Positions 1 through 9,583 are shown, counted from the stretch's first letter. The stretch: 64,000 bases of DNA from an uncultured Candidatus Saccharibacteria bacterium (GCA_964573395.1 CAZNJI010000003.1:15951-79950); one strand, 5' to 3'. The notes: generated by a model not told the origin, from the letters alone. Numbers and translations are program-made.

Positions 1-727
1 TGCCGTCAAAGAGCCCTTCAAGCTCGGGAAATGCCTTAGTTACGGCAATTGCCGCACCGGTTGAGCTTGGCACAATATTTTGCGCAGCAGCGCGACCTTC
101 ACGAAGATCTTTCTTCGACGGGCCGTCAACCAGGGCCTGGCTTGCCGTGTAGCCATGCACCGTATTTAAAATCGCTTTCTCGATTCCGAGCGCTTCATGC
201 AAAATTGCAATAAGCGGGCTTGCCGCATTTGTCGTGCACGATGCATTTGAAGTAATGTCACAGGTGCCGAATTTATTTTCATTCACCCCCAGCAAGATTG
301 TCTCTCCTCTGATAGATTCTACAGCGCTACCATCGCTTCCCTGCTGACTATCTTTGGCCGGAGCCGAAATGACAACTTTCTTTGCTCCTTGATCAAGATG
401 GAACTTCGCCTTATCGAACGCCGTAAAGAGGCCGGTTGATTCAACTACTACGTCGATATCGTGCTCTTTCCATGGCAATTTGGTGGTATCTTTTTCGGAT
501 ATAAACGCAACTCTCTTTCCGTCGATAATCAAATTCGATCCGTCCGTTGAAACTTCGCGATTCCATTTTTTATACACAGTGTCGTACTTTAAGAGGTATG
601 CCAGGCTTTCAATGGAACCAAGATCGTTTACTGCCACAATCTCAATTTCATCCCGCTCCCAGGCGATCTTCAAAAATGCCCTGCCAATCCGACCGAATCC
701 GTTAATTGCTACTCGTACTTTTTTCAT
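1..727 (-). CDS. gap: Glyceraldehyde-3-phosphate dehydrogenase, partial (C-terminus cut by the window edge)
   Basis: The reverse-strand translation contains SNASCTTN...AILHE and HGYTASQ..VDGPSKKDLREGRAAAQNIVPSSTGAA, which are GAPDH catalytic motifs. Start ATG is at 725-727 (MKKVRVAINGFGRIGR, NAD-binding). Confidence 0.9.
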   Translation of the reverse strand, partial: MKKVRVAINGFGRIGRAFLKIAWERDEIEIVAVNDLGSIESLAYLLKYDTVYKKWNREVSTDGSNLIIDGKRVAFISEKDTTKLPWKEHDIDVVVESTGLFTAFDKAKFHLDQGAKKVVISAPAKDSQQGSDGSAVESIRGETILLGVNENKFGTCDITSNASCTTNAASPLIAILHEALGIEKAILNTVHGYTASQALVDGPSKKDLREGRAAAQNIVPSSTGAAIAVTKAFPELEGLFDG

Positions 728-824
728 CCCCAAAGTATACCAAATTAAAAAAGCCCCGCCGATGTACGCTGCAGGGCTTTTTATTCATCATTAACCAAAA
801 CCTACCGTTATTATACTAAAAAAA

Positions 825-1232
825 TTAGATCGGCTCAACTCCAAACCAGGCCCGCTGCCACGCTCGCATCTGCTCGATTTCAGTGGTTTGGGCACTGATA
901 ATCGCTTTTGCCAGTACCACGAGCTCTGCCCGGGTTGTGCTCGTCAGCACAAGTTCTGCCATCTCTACCGCCCCTTCGTGGTGCACAATCATCTGTTCAA
1001 GAAATGCCGCATCAAATTCGCTATCTTTTTTACCAACAAGTGTCTCGTTCATTTGATCCATCATCTGCTCCATCGACATGTTCTGATGTGCAATCGGATT
1101 GCCGTCGTTTCTCATAAGCGTTCCGTCGGGCATGCGATGCATACCAATCGGCTGTGCAGATTTTACAAATGCGGCATGTGCACCAAAACCGATAGCTGCT
1201 CCAATAATTAGCACTAAAAAATTTTTCAACAT
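825..1232 (-). CDS. DUF305-family secreted protein
   Basis: 135 aa with an N-terminal signal-like hydrophobic segment and an HHEGAVEMA motif typical of DUF305. Confidence 0.55.
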   Translation of the reverse strand: MLKNFLVLIIGAAIGFGAHAAFVKSAQPIGMHRMPDGTLMRNDGNPIAHQNMSMEQMMDQMNETLVGKKDSEFDAAFLEQMIVHHEGAVEMAELVLTSTTRAELVVLAKAIISAQTTEIEQMRAWQRAWFGVEPI

Positions 1233-1252
1233 GGCTTATACAGTAACACGGA

Positions 1253-2668
1253 TTACATCATTTCTTTTAATAATTTGGCTGCAACAGCAGGATTTGCGCT
1301 TCCCTTGCTCGCTTTCATAATTTGCCCAACCAGCGCTTGGAGCGCCGCTTCTTTTCCTGCCTTGTAATCCGCAGCGATTTTTTCGTTCTCCTTTATCACT
1401 TGTTCAATAAGCGGCTTGAGCACGTCTTCGTTATGCTCCTGTAGCATGCCCTTTTCTTCTGCAATTTTTCTTGGATCGCCTCCAACAGTAGCAATGATAC
1501 CGAGCAAATCTTTCGCTCCGCGCGAAGTAAGCTCTCCTTCAACAACCATTTTCATGAGAGCGGTAAAACTCTCTACTGATGGAGGTGCGAGCTCCGGTTT
1601 TGTCTTTCGCAGCCCTGCTAAATCTGAAGTCAGGTAGTTGGAAACAACCGTCGCTGTTTTTTGCCCGCCGCCAAGCGCCGCCACAACCGTTTCGAAAAAG
1701 CGTGCAAGCTCCTCGTCATAAACGAACACCTCAATGTCTTCGTCTTTAATGCCGTAGATTTCGCGGAAACGCCCCCGCTTCGCTTTCGGCAATTCCGGAA
1801 GATTGCTTCTCAGTGTTTCAATGGAAAAAACGGAATGTAATTTCAATTTCGGTAAGTCGGGATCGGGAAAATAACGGTAATCGTGCGCACTTTCTTTTGA
1901 ACGCTGCGAGAATGTGCTTTGCTTTGTTTCATCCCACCCGCGGGTTTCCTGCACGATTTCATCGGCTCGCCCTGCTTCGTAGAGCGATTCCATCCGAGCA
2001 AGTTCGTAAGTAATTGCCCGCTCGGCACTTCGAAATGAGTTAAGGTTTTTTACTTCAACTTTGGTGCCGAATTCCCCCTCCTTGTCAGAAAGCGAAATGT
2101 TCGCCTCTACCCGCATCTCGCCTTTTTCCATGTTCGCTTCGGACACGCCGAGTGTGCGAAGCAAGAGCTGCAATTCGCGGGCAAAATCCCCTGCTTCTTT
2201 AGCACTCTTAATCATCGGCTCCGTAACCAGCTCCATCAGCGGCACGCCTGCACGGTTGTAGTCAACAAGCGAAAAATTTCCGCGATCGTGCTTCGAAGTT
2301 GCCGTGTCTTCTTCAAGATGGATGCGCGTAAGCGCTACGCCATGAAGCGTTCCACCGCTGACGATTGGATATTTATATTGGGAAATCTGATACCCTTTTG
2401 GAATGTCAGGGTAAAAGTAATTTTTACGGTCAAACTCGGTGAAATCGGCAATGGTGCCGTCTACCGCAAGGCCAACTTTTATTACGTGTTCAATGGCAGC
2501 CTTGTTTGCCACCGGAAGCGTTCCCGGGTGAGCCATGCAAACGGGGCAAATGTTCACGTTCGGCTTTGTTTCGTCAGGGTCATTCTTGCAGCCGCAAAAC
2601 ATCTTGGAATTGGTCTTCAGTTCCGCGTGAATTTCAAGCCCGATTACGGGAAAGTAGGTTTTTGCCAT
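1253..2668 (-). CDS. gatB: Asp/Glu-tRNA(Asn/Gln) amidotransferase subunit B
   Basis: 471 aa starting MAKTYFPVIGLEIHAELKT...CGCKNDPDE, a strong GatB N-terminus. Confidence 0.9.
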   Translation of the reverse strand: MAKTYFPVIGLEIHAELKTNSKMFCGCKNDPDETKPNVNICPVCMAHPGTLPVANKAAIEHVIKVGLAVDGTIADFTEFDRKNYFYPDIPKGYQISQYKYPIVSGGTLHGVALTRIHLEEDTATSKHDRGNFSLVDYNRAGVPLMELVTEPMIKSAKEAGDFARELQLLLRTLGVSEANMEKGEMRVEANISLSDKEGEFGTKVEVKNLNSFRSAERAITYELARMESLYEAGRADEIVQETRGWDETKQSTFSQRSKESAHDYRYFPDPDLPKLKLHSVFSIETLRSNLPELPKAKRGRFREIYGIKDEDIEVFVYDEELARFFETVVAALGGGQKTATVVSNYLTSDLAGLRKTKPELAPPSVESFTALMKMVVEGELTSRGAKDLLGIIATVGGDPRKIAEEKGMLQEHNEDVLKPLIEQVIKENEKIAADYKAGKEAALQALVGQIMKASKGSANPAVAAKLLKEMM

Positions 2669-2776
2669 ATGGTTTATGGCTCTATTTTAGCATGGCACTA
2701 GCCCTATTGACAAAATGGCATTTTTTGGTAGTGTACTGTAAAACATTCATTTTCAAAACCCATAAAAAATTGTTTT

Positions 2777-3574
2777 ATGCAAGAAGAAAAAACCTTCGAT
2801 GTTGAGAAGTTTCTGTCTGAAAAGACCTCTCAAACGGTTTATAATGGCTTATCTCCTGAACTGAAAGAGGTAACCCGCGTGTTATTCGTGGAAAAAGGCA
2901 TGAACGGCGAGCTTTCCGATGTTTTCAAATCCGGCGCACCTAGTACCAGAGAATTTCTTTCAAAGAAAAAAGTGGAGCTTGATAAGGAAAAGAAAGAGCT
3001 CGAAGCTGTGCAAGAAAAAAACCGTAAAGAAGCAGAAGAGCGGGAGAAAAAGCTCCAGGAGATGAACAACAAGTCTGTCCGGGTAGCACACAGGAATCTG
3101 CTGATCAAACAACTATTCGGCCTTGAAACTACCGGCAAGAAGAACGACGAAGTTATCCAACTAATTAAAACTTACCACGCAAGCCAATGCAAAAGTATTC
3201 TGTCACCGATGCTCAATTCCTTAGACCTTTCTGACGAAAGGATCGAAGACAAAATTATCCGTTGTGGAATTTCAGCCGTTTACAGGAACATATTCGCAAC
3301 CTCTTCGTTTGTATCAAACGCAGAAGGAAGACAAGTGGCAATTTATGCCCGCGTGCTTGAAAATGAATTCAAAAGAAAGATTTTCAGGTATGGCATTAAC
3401 GACAGCGACGAAAAGATCGAAGAGACAATGGCGCAAAAAAGGAATGAAATTATTAATTTCATTGCCAACGAAGAAGCGTCCAGGACCGGCATGCCGATTG
3501 AAGATCTCAAATTCCAGGCTGAAGGAAACTTGCCCCACATTATTGTCGATTTAACAGTAGCCGCCTTAGGTTAA
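2777..3574 (+). CDS. Hypothetical Lys/Glu-rich coiled-coil protein
   Basis: 265-aa ORF with an ATG start. A TTGACA-N16-TAGTGT promoter sits at 2707-2735. No recognisable domain. Confidence 0.45.
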   Translation: MQEEKTFDVEKFLSEKTSQTVYNGLSPELKEVTRVLFVEKGMNGELSDVFKSGAPSTREFLSKKKVELDKEKKELEAVQEKNRKEAEEREKKLQEMNNKSVRVAHRNLLIKQLFGLETTGKKNDEVIQLIKTYHASQCKSILSPMLNSLDLSDERIEDKIIRCGISAVYRNIFATSSFVSNAEGRQVAIYARVLENEFKRKIFRYGINDSDEKIEETMAQKRNEIINFIANEEASRTGMPIEDLKFQAEGNLPHIIVDLTVAALG

Positions 3575-3621
3575 GCTTGTTAAACACAAAAAAGTAACCG
3601 GTATTTTTACCGGTTTTTTTA

Positions 3622-4593
3622 TTACTTACTTTTCAAAATCCTTACAAGTTCGTCTCTGAATGCTTTTAGGTTTTCGTCATCAAAAAGTGTAATCGCAAAT
3701 ACCGGTTTTCCCAATTTTTGAAACTTCTTTATCTGAGTCGCCGCAACTTCTTCTGGAACCGTATCTGTTTTCGTAAGCAAAATCACCTCTTCCTTTTCCA
3801 AAAGTTTTTGATCGAACTTTCCGAGCTCTTCCCGCACTGTTTCGTATGCTTTCAACATGTTCTGGTTTTCAAAGGAAACCAGGTGTGCAAGTACTTCCGT
3901 TTTTCGGATATGTTTTAAAAATTTATGCCCCAATCCTTTTCCTTCGCTTGCGCCTTCAATAAGCCCCGGAATGTCGGCTAGAATAAACCCGTACATGTCG
4001 CCCAAGTTTGGATCAAGCGTAGTGAAGGGATAATCTCCCACTTTCGCAGTTGCATTGGTAAGCGCATTTAACAGGCTCGACTTGCCGGCGTTTGGAAACC
4101 CTATGAAGCCAACATCCGCAATGAGCGATACTTCAATGTGCAGCGTTGCCGTTTCGCCTGGCTTTCCAAGGGTTGCTTCTTCAGGAGACTGATTCGTTGA
4201 ACTTTTGAAATGTTCGTTTCCGTAACCGCCCGCGCCGCCGGAAACCACTTTTTCAACCTGCCCTTCTTTTAAAAGCTCAATTACTTTTCCGGTTTCCGTA
4301 TTAGTGACAGCAGAGCCGATGGGAAATTCAAGATAGAGATCCTCTCCGCTCTTTCCATGCAAACTTCGGCTGCCACCTGGTTCACCGTTTTCAGCAGCGT
4401 ATTCTTTTTTATGGCGATACTGGTCGAGCACGCGCAAGCTTCGGATGGCCCGAACGAATATGTCTCCGCCGCGGCCGCCGTTTCCTCCCGCAGGGCCGCC
4501 TTTTGCAATGAACTTCTCGCGCCGCCAGCGCACCACCCCGTCACCGCCGCTTCCTCCTTTTACCTCAATTGTAATTTCATCAAGAAATGCCAT
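3622..4593 (-). CDS. obg: GTPase Obg
   Basis: An N-terminal glycine-rich Obg fold (GGDGVVRWRREKFIAKGGPAGGNGGRGGD) plus GTPase motifs. Confidence 0.9.
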   Translation of the reverse strand: MAFLDEITIEVKGGSGGDGVVRWRREKFIAKGGPAGGNGGRGGDIFVRAIRSLRVLDQYRHKKEYAAENGEPGGSRSLHGKSGEDLYLEFPIGSAVTNTETGKVIELLKEGQVEKVVSGGAGGYGNEHFKSSTNQSPEEATLGKPGETATLHIEVSLIADVGFIGFPNAGKSSLLNALTNATAKVGDYPFTTLDPNLGDMYGFILADIPGLIEGASEGKGLGHKFLKHIRKTEVLAHLVSFENQNMLKAYETVREELGKFDQKLLEKEEVILLTKTDTVPEEVAATQIKKFQKLGKPVFAITLFDDENLKAFRDELVRILKSK

Positions 4594-4604
4594 AGAAATT
4601 CAAT

Positions 4605-5495
4605 TTACGTGGCAATTGCCTGTTCGGCAAGCCGAACGGCTCCTGCTTTCGTTTTCGCAACGGCAGTAAAACGACCATTGTGACAGAATACGGCATCAGG
4701 AATACCCGATGCTTCTTGGAGTGCTTCGTCGCGAAGCCCTGCCCAGCTTTCGGGAAATGGGAGCCGAAGCTTAAACTGGAGCGGGTCAATAGGAACTGCT
4801 TTTACCGTCCAGTTGCCATCTTCTCTTTGGTACACAACGAACAGAGGCTCTGGGTACTGCGTGAGCACATCTCTCCAGCCTGGATACTCCTGCGGCAATT
4901 CTATGATTCGCTTGGTTCCCGGCGCGTGATCGTATGCTTGCCGAATGAAGCTCGCCGATTCCGCGTAGCTCTTGGTATGCAGAATCATTCTCGTTAAAAC
5001 GGTAATGGCAATATTCACCGCATCAAGAAACGCCTCATCGTTCGTCCGCTCTTCATTCCATGCAGGCCGAAACAGCGCAAGCATCTCGCCGATGGTATAC
5101 GGGTACACCCCCTTGTCAGGAACGGATTGCACTACCCCGTTATCGTGGCCGTCTATTCCTTGTACTAACTTTTCATCTATCAACTGAGCATTTTCGATCG
5201 AGCCGGCAAGTATTTCGCCGTAATGCTTCCATACCAGCCCGAAAGAGGCATACGGAATGCCGTTTTCCCGCACCCCTGCCCCGCCTGGCTGGTGATGGTC
5301 GAACCGCAGCCGCTCTGGGTCGTATTCGCCGCCGACATCAACCAGAATGTCTGCAATCGAAAAATCCTGCTCGTTTCGGGAACGAACAATTTCTATTTCT
5401 TCATCCGGATGCGCCAGCGTTAGCGTGGCCGCAGCAAATACGTCATCAGCGTGGAACGTTCCGTCGTGGGTAACAATGATAAACCGCTCCTTCAT
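4605..5495 (-). CDS. MYG1/UPF0160-family metal-dependent hydrolase
   Basis: Begins MKERFIIVTHDGTFHADDV, the family signature. Start ATG is at 5493-5495; the upstream residues in the ORF track are probably not translated. Confidence 0.7.
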   Translation of the reverse strand: MKERFIIVTHDGTFHADDVFAAATLTLAHPDEEIEIVRSRNEQDFSIADILVDVGGEYDPERLRFDHHQPGGAGVRENGIPYASFGLVWKHYGEILAGSIENAQLIDEKLVQGIDGHDNGVVQSVPDKGVYPYTIGEMLALFRPAWNEERTNDEAFLDAVNIAITVLTRMILHTKSYAESASFIRQAYDHAPGTKRIIELPQEYPGWRDVLTQYPEPLFVVYQREDGNWTVKAVPIDPLQFKLRLPFPESWAGLRDEALQEASGIPDAVFCHNGRFTAVAKTKAGAVRLAEQAIAT

Positions 5496-5496
5496 G

Positions 5497-5838
5497 CTAA
5501 TCGGCGAATTTTCCGACGATCCAGTTGATAATCGAAATAATGAATGCGCCAATGATTGCCGCGGTAAAGCTTGCAACTTCAATGCCACTAATAATGGAAG
5601 CAACAAACCAGAAAAAGAGCCCGTTTAGGAGCACCGAAAAAAGGCCAAGCGTAATGATGTTGAGCGGCAAAGTCAGAATGCCGACAATCGGCTTCACGAC
5701 CAAATGAATGAACACCAAGCACGCCGCAACGATAACCGCGGTTAAAATGCTGTTCTCAGCAATCGTGATTCCCGAAACGATGTACGGCAGCGCGAAGACT
5801 GCAAGCGTTGTAACGAACCATCTGATTAAAATTCCCAT
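5497..5838 (-). CDS. YvlD/Phage_holin_4_2-family small membrane protein
   Basis: About 113 aa with 3-4 TM helices and an LPLNIITLGLF motif like B. subtilis YvlD. The track start at 5850 is TTG; the ATG is at 5838. Confidence 0.55.
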   Translation of the reverse strand: MGILIRWFVTTLAVFALPYIVSGITIAENSILTAVIVAACLVFIHLVVKPIVGILTLPLNIITLGLFSVLLNGLFFWFVASIISGIEVASFTAAIIGAFIISIINWIVGKFAD

Positions 5839-5842
5839 ATGT

Positions 5843-6298
5843 TTATGCAAATAAGCTTTCTACTATTTTTTTAACGACCGCACCGTCCGCCCGGCCAGCA
5901 ATTTCCTTCATAACCGCCCCAACCAGGATGCCTGCTTTTGATTTGTCTCCTAAGCCAAGTTCAGTTTGCTTTTTCACGGCAATTTCTCGGATGGATTCCT
6001 CATCCATCTGCGGCGGCAAAAATGTTTCAAGAATGACAACCTGCGCCTCCTCCTGCGCTGCAAGTTCTGCCCTGCCGCCTGCCTGGTACTGCTCGATGGC
6101 ATCCTTTCTTTGTTTAATGAGCCGCTTAATAACCGCTTGCAGCACGCCATCTTCAAGCGGGTCTTGCGGCGTTTTTCCCAAAGCTACTGCCTCGTTCGTT
6201 GCAGCCGAAAGAATGGCCCGAAGCGTGTCCATTTTCGTCTGGTCGCGCTCTTTCATGGCAGCCTGCAAGCTTTCTCGAACATCATTCTGGAGAGGCAT
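5843..6298 (-). CDS. yqeY: GatB/YqeY domain protein
   Basis: Conserved across the YqeY family (LQAAMKERD...RAILSA...KQRKDAIEQY...GRAELA...E..ILE.FLP). Confidence 0.75.
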   Translation of the reverse strand: MPLQNDVRESLQAAMKERDQTKMDTLRAILSAATNEAVALGKTPQDPLEDGVLQAVIKRLIKQRKDAIEQYQAGGRAELAAQEEAQVVILETFLPPQMDEESIREIAVKKQTELGLGDKSKAGILVGAVMKEIAGRADGAVVKKIVESLFA

Positions 6299-6330
6299 AC
6301 TGTTTAAGTATAGCATGCTACACTACGCCC

Positions 6331-7050
6331 ATGCGCATAGTATTTTTCGACACCGAAACGACCGGAAATGCAAAAACCGACAATCTCTGCCAGCTGGCGG
6401 TAAAGGAACGCGGCAGCCCGGAACCGATCATCAACGAACTGTTCAAACCCCCCATGCCGATTCCGATCGAATGCTCGATGATCCACCACATCACGAACAA
6501 GAAAGTGGCAGACAAGCCACTGTTCCAGGAAAGCCCGCGGTACGAGGAATTAAAATCGCTGTTCGAGGATGAAGATACCGTTATCGTTGCCCACAATGCC
6601 GACTTCGACGCGCAGATGCTTAAAAATGATGGAATTTCTATAACGAACAAACTCTGCACCTTCAAAGTAATTCGCGAGCTTGACGGCGAAGGAAAATTTC
6701 CAATGCATAAGCTCCAATATTTGCGCTATGCGCTCGATATTGAACTCGACGTGCCGGCCCACGATGCCATGGCAGACGTGCTCGTACTTGAAAAAGTGTT
6801 CGAATGGGAGCTTGAGCAGGCAAAAGAAACGTGGAGGCTTTCTGAAGCAGAAACGATTAAAAAAATGATCGAGATCAGCGCGCGTCCGTTCGCGTTCAGG
6901 CATTTCGATTTCGGGAAACATAAAGGAAAGACGATTGCCGAAGTTGCCGCAACCGACAAGGGCTATCTCACCTGGCTTTTGGAACAGAAGCGCCAGAGCC
7001 CAAGCGACGAAACCGATTGGATTTACACGCTCGAGCAGTACGTAAAATAG
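6331..7050 (+). CDS. DEDDh 3'-5' exonuclease, ExoX-like (DnaQ fold plus ExoX C-terminal domain)
   Basis: N-terminal FFDTETTG exo I motif with HNADFD and HDAMAD. The C-terminus carries an FGKHKGKTIAEV...GYLTWLL motif like the ExoX C-terminal domain. Confidence 0.7.
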   Translation: MRIVFFDTETTGNAKTDNLCQLAVKERGSPEPIINELFKPPMPIPIECSMIHHITNKKVADKPLFQESPRYEELKSLFEDEDTVIVAHNADFDAQMLKNDGISITNKLCTFKVIRELDGEGKFPMHKLQYLRYALDIELDVPAHDAMADVLVLEKVFEWELEQAKETWRLSEAETIKKMIEISARPFAFRHFDFGKHKGKTIAEVAATDKGYLTWLLEQKRQSPSDETDWIYTLEQYVK

Positions 7051-7077
7051 CAAAACCCAAAATGCTACAATAAGCAG

Positions 7078-8145
7078 ATGGAAAGTCTGTATATTACCAT
7101 CGGAATTTTGGCGGGCGCATTCGTTATGTTCCTTATTTTCGTGGCCCGCCGAAAACCGAGCACTCCGCCGGCAAACCAGGAACAAAACCAAGGAATGCAG
7201 CTTTTAATGCAGCAGCTTCATGAACTGCAGCGCACCGTCGACCAAAAACTCGGCGATTCTGAAAAAAGCCTGCGCGAATCGCTGCAGTTTCAATCCCGCG
7301 AATCGAACCGGGTTATCGCCGACATTACCGAACGACTCACCCGCCTTGATGAAACGAACAAGCAGGTAGTGTCGTTTACCGAAGAACTTGCTCAGTTGCA
7401 GGATATTTTAAAGAACCCAAAACAGCGCGGCATTTTGGGTGAATACTACCTAGAGACGCTTCTAAAAAACGTGCTTCCCCCATCAAGCTACCAGATGCAG
7501 TACGCTTTTAAAGACGGCTCGATCGTTGATGCGGTTATTTTCGTGAAAGAAAAAATCATTCCGGTTGATTCGAAATTCTCGCTTGAAAATTACAATCGGC
7601 TGTTCGAAGAGAAAAATCCGGTTGAACGCGAGCGGCTTGAGAAGCTTTTCGTTGCCAATTTAAAAGAGCGCATTGTTGAAACCGCCCAGTACATAAAACC
7701 TGAAGAAGGTACGATGGATTTTGCGTTCATGTTCATTCCGCACGAGGCGATTTACTACGACTTGCTGGTAAATAAAATCGGCGCACTGAAAGAAGATACC
7801 GAAAACCTTATCCAGCGGGCAGCCGGCAAATACCGCGTTATTATCGTTTCTCCTACCTCCTTCCTCGCCTATCTGCAAACGGTGCTACAGGGCTTAAAAG
7901 CGCTGCAGATTGAAGAATCAGCGAAAGAGATTCGAACTCGCGTCGATGAGCTGGGGCGGCATTTAAAATCGTATGAAGATTACCACAACCGCCTGGGCAA
8001 CAGCCTGCGCACGGTGGTAAACCACTACAGCGCTTCAGGCAGAGAGCTGAAGAAAATGGACAAAGACGTGGTGCGCATTACCGGCTCTTCTCCGGGTCTT
8101 TTGCCGGAGACCGTTTCTCTTGAAGACGATCCGCTCGATAGCTAG
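7078..8145 (+). CDS. rmuC: DNA recombination protein RmuC
   Basis: 355 aa with an N-terminal TM helix, coiled coil and a C-terminal RmuC nuclease-like region. Length and architecture are typical. Confidence 0.75.
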   Translation: MESLYITIGILAGAFVMFLIFVARRKPSTPPANQEQNQGMQLLMQQLHELQRTVDQKLGDSEKSLRESLQFQSRESNRVIADITERLTRLDETNKQVVSFTEELAQLQDILKNPKQRGILGEYYLETLLKNVLPPSSYQMQYAFKDGSIVDAVIFVKEKIIPVDSKFSLENYNRLFEEKNPVERERLEKLFVANLKERIVETAQYIKPEEGTMDFAFMFIPHEAIYYDLLVNKIGALKEDTENLIQRAAGKYRVIIVSPTSFLAYLQTVLQGLKALQIEESAKEIRTRVDELGRHLKSYEDYHNRLGNSLRTVVNHYSASGRELKKMDKDVVRITGSSPGLLPETVSLEDDPLDS

Positions 8146-8909
8146 CGAATATATTCAGGCCGAAGCACGCTCGTAAGGTTTGCATACGGCACGGTTACCG
8201 TTTGTGTTCCGGCGGCATAGGCTGCAACTTGGTACGGATCAAAAATAAAATCGATGCCGGTATCTTTTAATACGAAGTTCTGGTAGTTGTCTGCAATCGG
8301 CGCTGCGCCTTCGCTAATCCAGTTCGCATCGGCAAATTCACGCTTCTTCAAATCTGCTTGTACTACTTTTGAAACTGGTGTGAGGTAATCAACTCCCGCC
8401 TTGAATATGTCAGAGAGCGTAATGATTTCTCCGTTTTCATTAAACGAATAGGTTTTGCTGTAATGGTTCGGATGCGCGCCGCCGGTATCAAGCGAAATCT
8501 CAAACACGTAATTATACGCAATACTTGAAACATTACTGGTGTAATCAATTGAAATGAAATACTGGCGATCCGGCGAAAGGCCAAGTTCCTGCGCCTGCTC
8601 TGCAGTCATAACTGCAACGCCGGTGTCTTCAAGAAACTGCCGCACTTGTTCGCTGATGAAAGAGATGAAAATGTCGTTAACGCGCTTGTTCTCGGTTTCG
8701 GGATAAAATGCATCAACATGGTAGTATGTGCCTTTTTCTGAAAGATCGGCACGGCGGATTTCGCGCGGAACGAAACCAGTAACCGGATCTGCCGGCAGTT
8801 CCTCGTTAGGGTTTGCCTCAGGAGCTGGGCGGCTCTTGAGGACCAGCCATCCTCCTGCAAAAGCGGCTGCGACGATAAGAATGCTGATGATGAGTTTTTT
8901 GTGTTGCAT
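8142..8909 (-). CDS. DUF3298/DUF4163 (RsiV/PdaC-like) membrane-anchored protein
   Basis: Begins MQHKKLIISILIVAAAFAGGW (signal anchor). The C-terminal half resembles DUF3298. Confidence 0.5.
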   Translation of the reverse strand: MQHKKLIISILIVAAAFAGGWLVLKSRPAPEANPNEELPADPVTGFVPREIRRADLSEKGTYYHVDAFYPETENKRVNDIFISFISEQVRQFLEDTGVAVMTAEQAQELGLSPDRQYFISIDYTSNVSSIAYNYVFEISLDTGGAHPNHYSKTYSFNENGEIITLSDIFKAGVDYLTPVSKVVQADLKKREFADANWISEGAAPIADNYQNFVLKDTGIDFIFDPYQVAAYAAGTQTVTVPYANLTSVLRPEYIR

Positions 8910-8959
8910 ACCCCTGTAGTGTACCCCTTTCTGCCCCGCAATCAAAACCAGGAAAATAA

Positions 8960-8988
8960 TTGAAAAATCGGCCAATTTTCAGTATAGT
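8960..8988 (+). promoter_or_regulatory. Sigma-70-like promoter for tRNA-Glu(CTC)
   Basis: TTGAAA at 8960-8965, a 17-nt spacer, then TATAGT at 8983-8988. Confidence 0.5.
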
Positions 8989-9010
8989 TGTGCTTGCTTG
9001 GTGAATTAAG

Positions 9011-9073
9011 GGCCTAAAACATTTTTTCCAAAAATGTTCGGCCGAACATTTGCCAAAGCAAATGTTTTAGGCC
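9011..9073 (+). promoter_or_regulatory. Nested palindromic leader overlapping the 5' end of tRNA-Glu
   Basis: The outer arms GGCCTAAAACATTT (9011-9024) and AAATGTTTTAGGCC (9060-9073) are perfect reverse complements. They enclose a perfect 20-bp palindrome AAATGTTCGGCCGAACATTT (9032-9051). The 3' arm overlaps the first nucleotides of the tRNA (GGCC). Confidence 0.5.
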
Positions 9074-9141
9074 CTATCGTCTAACGGTTAGGACATCGGC
9101 TTCTCAAGCCGGTAATCGGGGTTCGATTCCCCGTAGGGTCA
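9070..9141 (+). tRNA. tRNA-Glu (anticodon CUC)
   Basis: Cloverleaf: acceptor GGCCCTA/TAGGGTC, anticodon stem TCGGC/GCCGG, loop TTCTCAA, T-arm CGGGG-TTCGATT-CCCCG. No encoded CCA. Confidence 0.85.
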
Positions 9142-9253
9142 CACGATTTTTATTCTTATTTTAACAATGTAATTTTTTGGTACCAAATGGGAGTTTGGAA
9201 CCAAAATAAAAAAGCCATCCTTTCGGATAAGCTTTAAGTAAAATTCTTTTAAT

Positions 9254-9583
9254 TTATTTACTCTTCATGAGCTGCGGAACCCTTTCGGCCAGTTCTTTTC
9301 CAGTAAATCCAAGCTCCTGCGCAAGCTTTAATGTATTTACCAGCATCTTTACGGTTGCTTCTTCCACCTGGCTTTTATTCATATAGGTGTACTTGCCCGT
9401 ATGATCATAGCTTTCACATACTTCCGCAATTTTACCGATAGACTTTTGCATATGAAGAACGCTGTGATTTAAAGCAAACATCGCTTTTTGCTCCGGTGGC
9501 ATATCTTTCATTACCGGGTAATTTTCCTCATTAAAAATGTACTTAGAGCCAATAAACTCTATAAATTGCTGTACTGTTTCCAT
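9254..9583 (-). CDS. Hypothetical 109-aa protein, possibly a MazG-like all-alpha NTP-PPase fold
   Basis: ATG start, own promoter and terminator, low GC. Weak resemblance to small MazG/YpjD-type proteins (ALNHSVLHMQKSIGKIAE...EEATVKML), but the catalytic acidic residues are not all conserved. Confidence 0.4.
   Translation of the reverse strand: METVQQFIEFIGSKYIFNEENYPVMKDMPPEQKAMFALNHSVLHMQKSIGKIAEVCESYDHTGKYTYMNKSQVEEATVKMLVNTLKLAQELGFTGKELAERVPQLMKSK

Noticed and set aside
480-1211. Several 60-107-aa plus-strand ORFs (480-794, 888-1211, 908-1117)
   Set aside because: They are antisense to, or overlap, the gap and DUF305 genes. No support.
5928-6572. 214-aa plus-strand ORF, and a 213-aa minus-strand ORF at 6550-7191
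   Set aside because: They are antisense to the well-supported yqeY and ExoX-like genes respectively, with low-complexity Ser/Cys/Arg-rich translations. Shadow ORFs.
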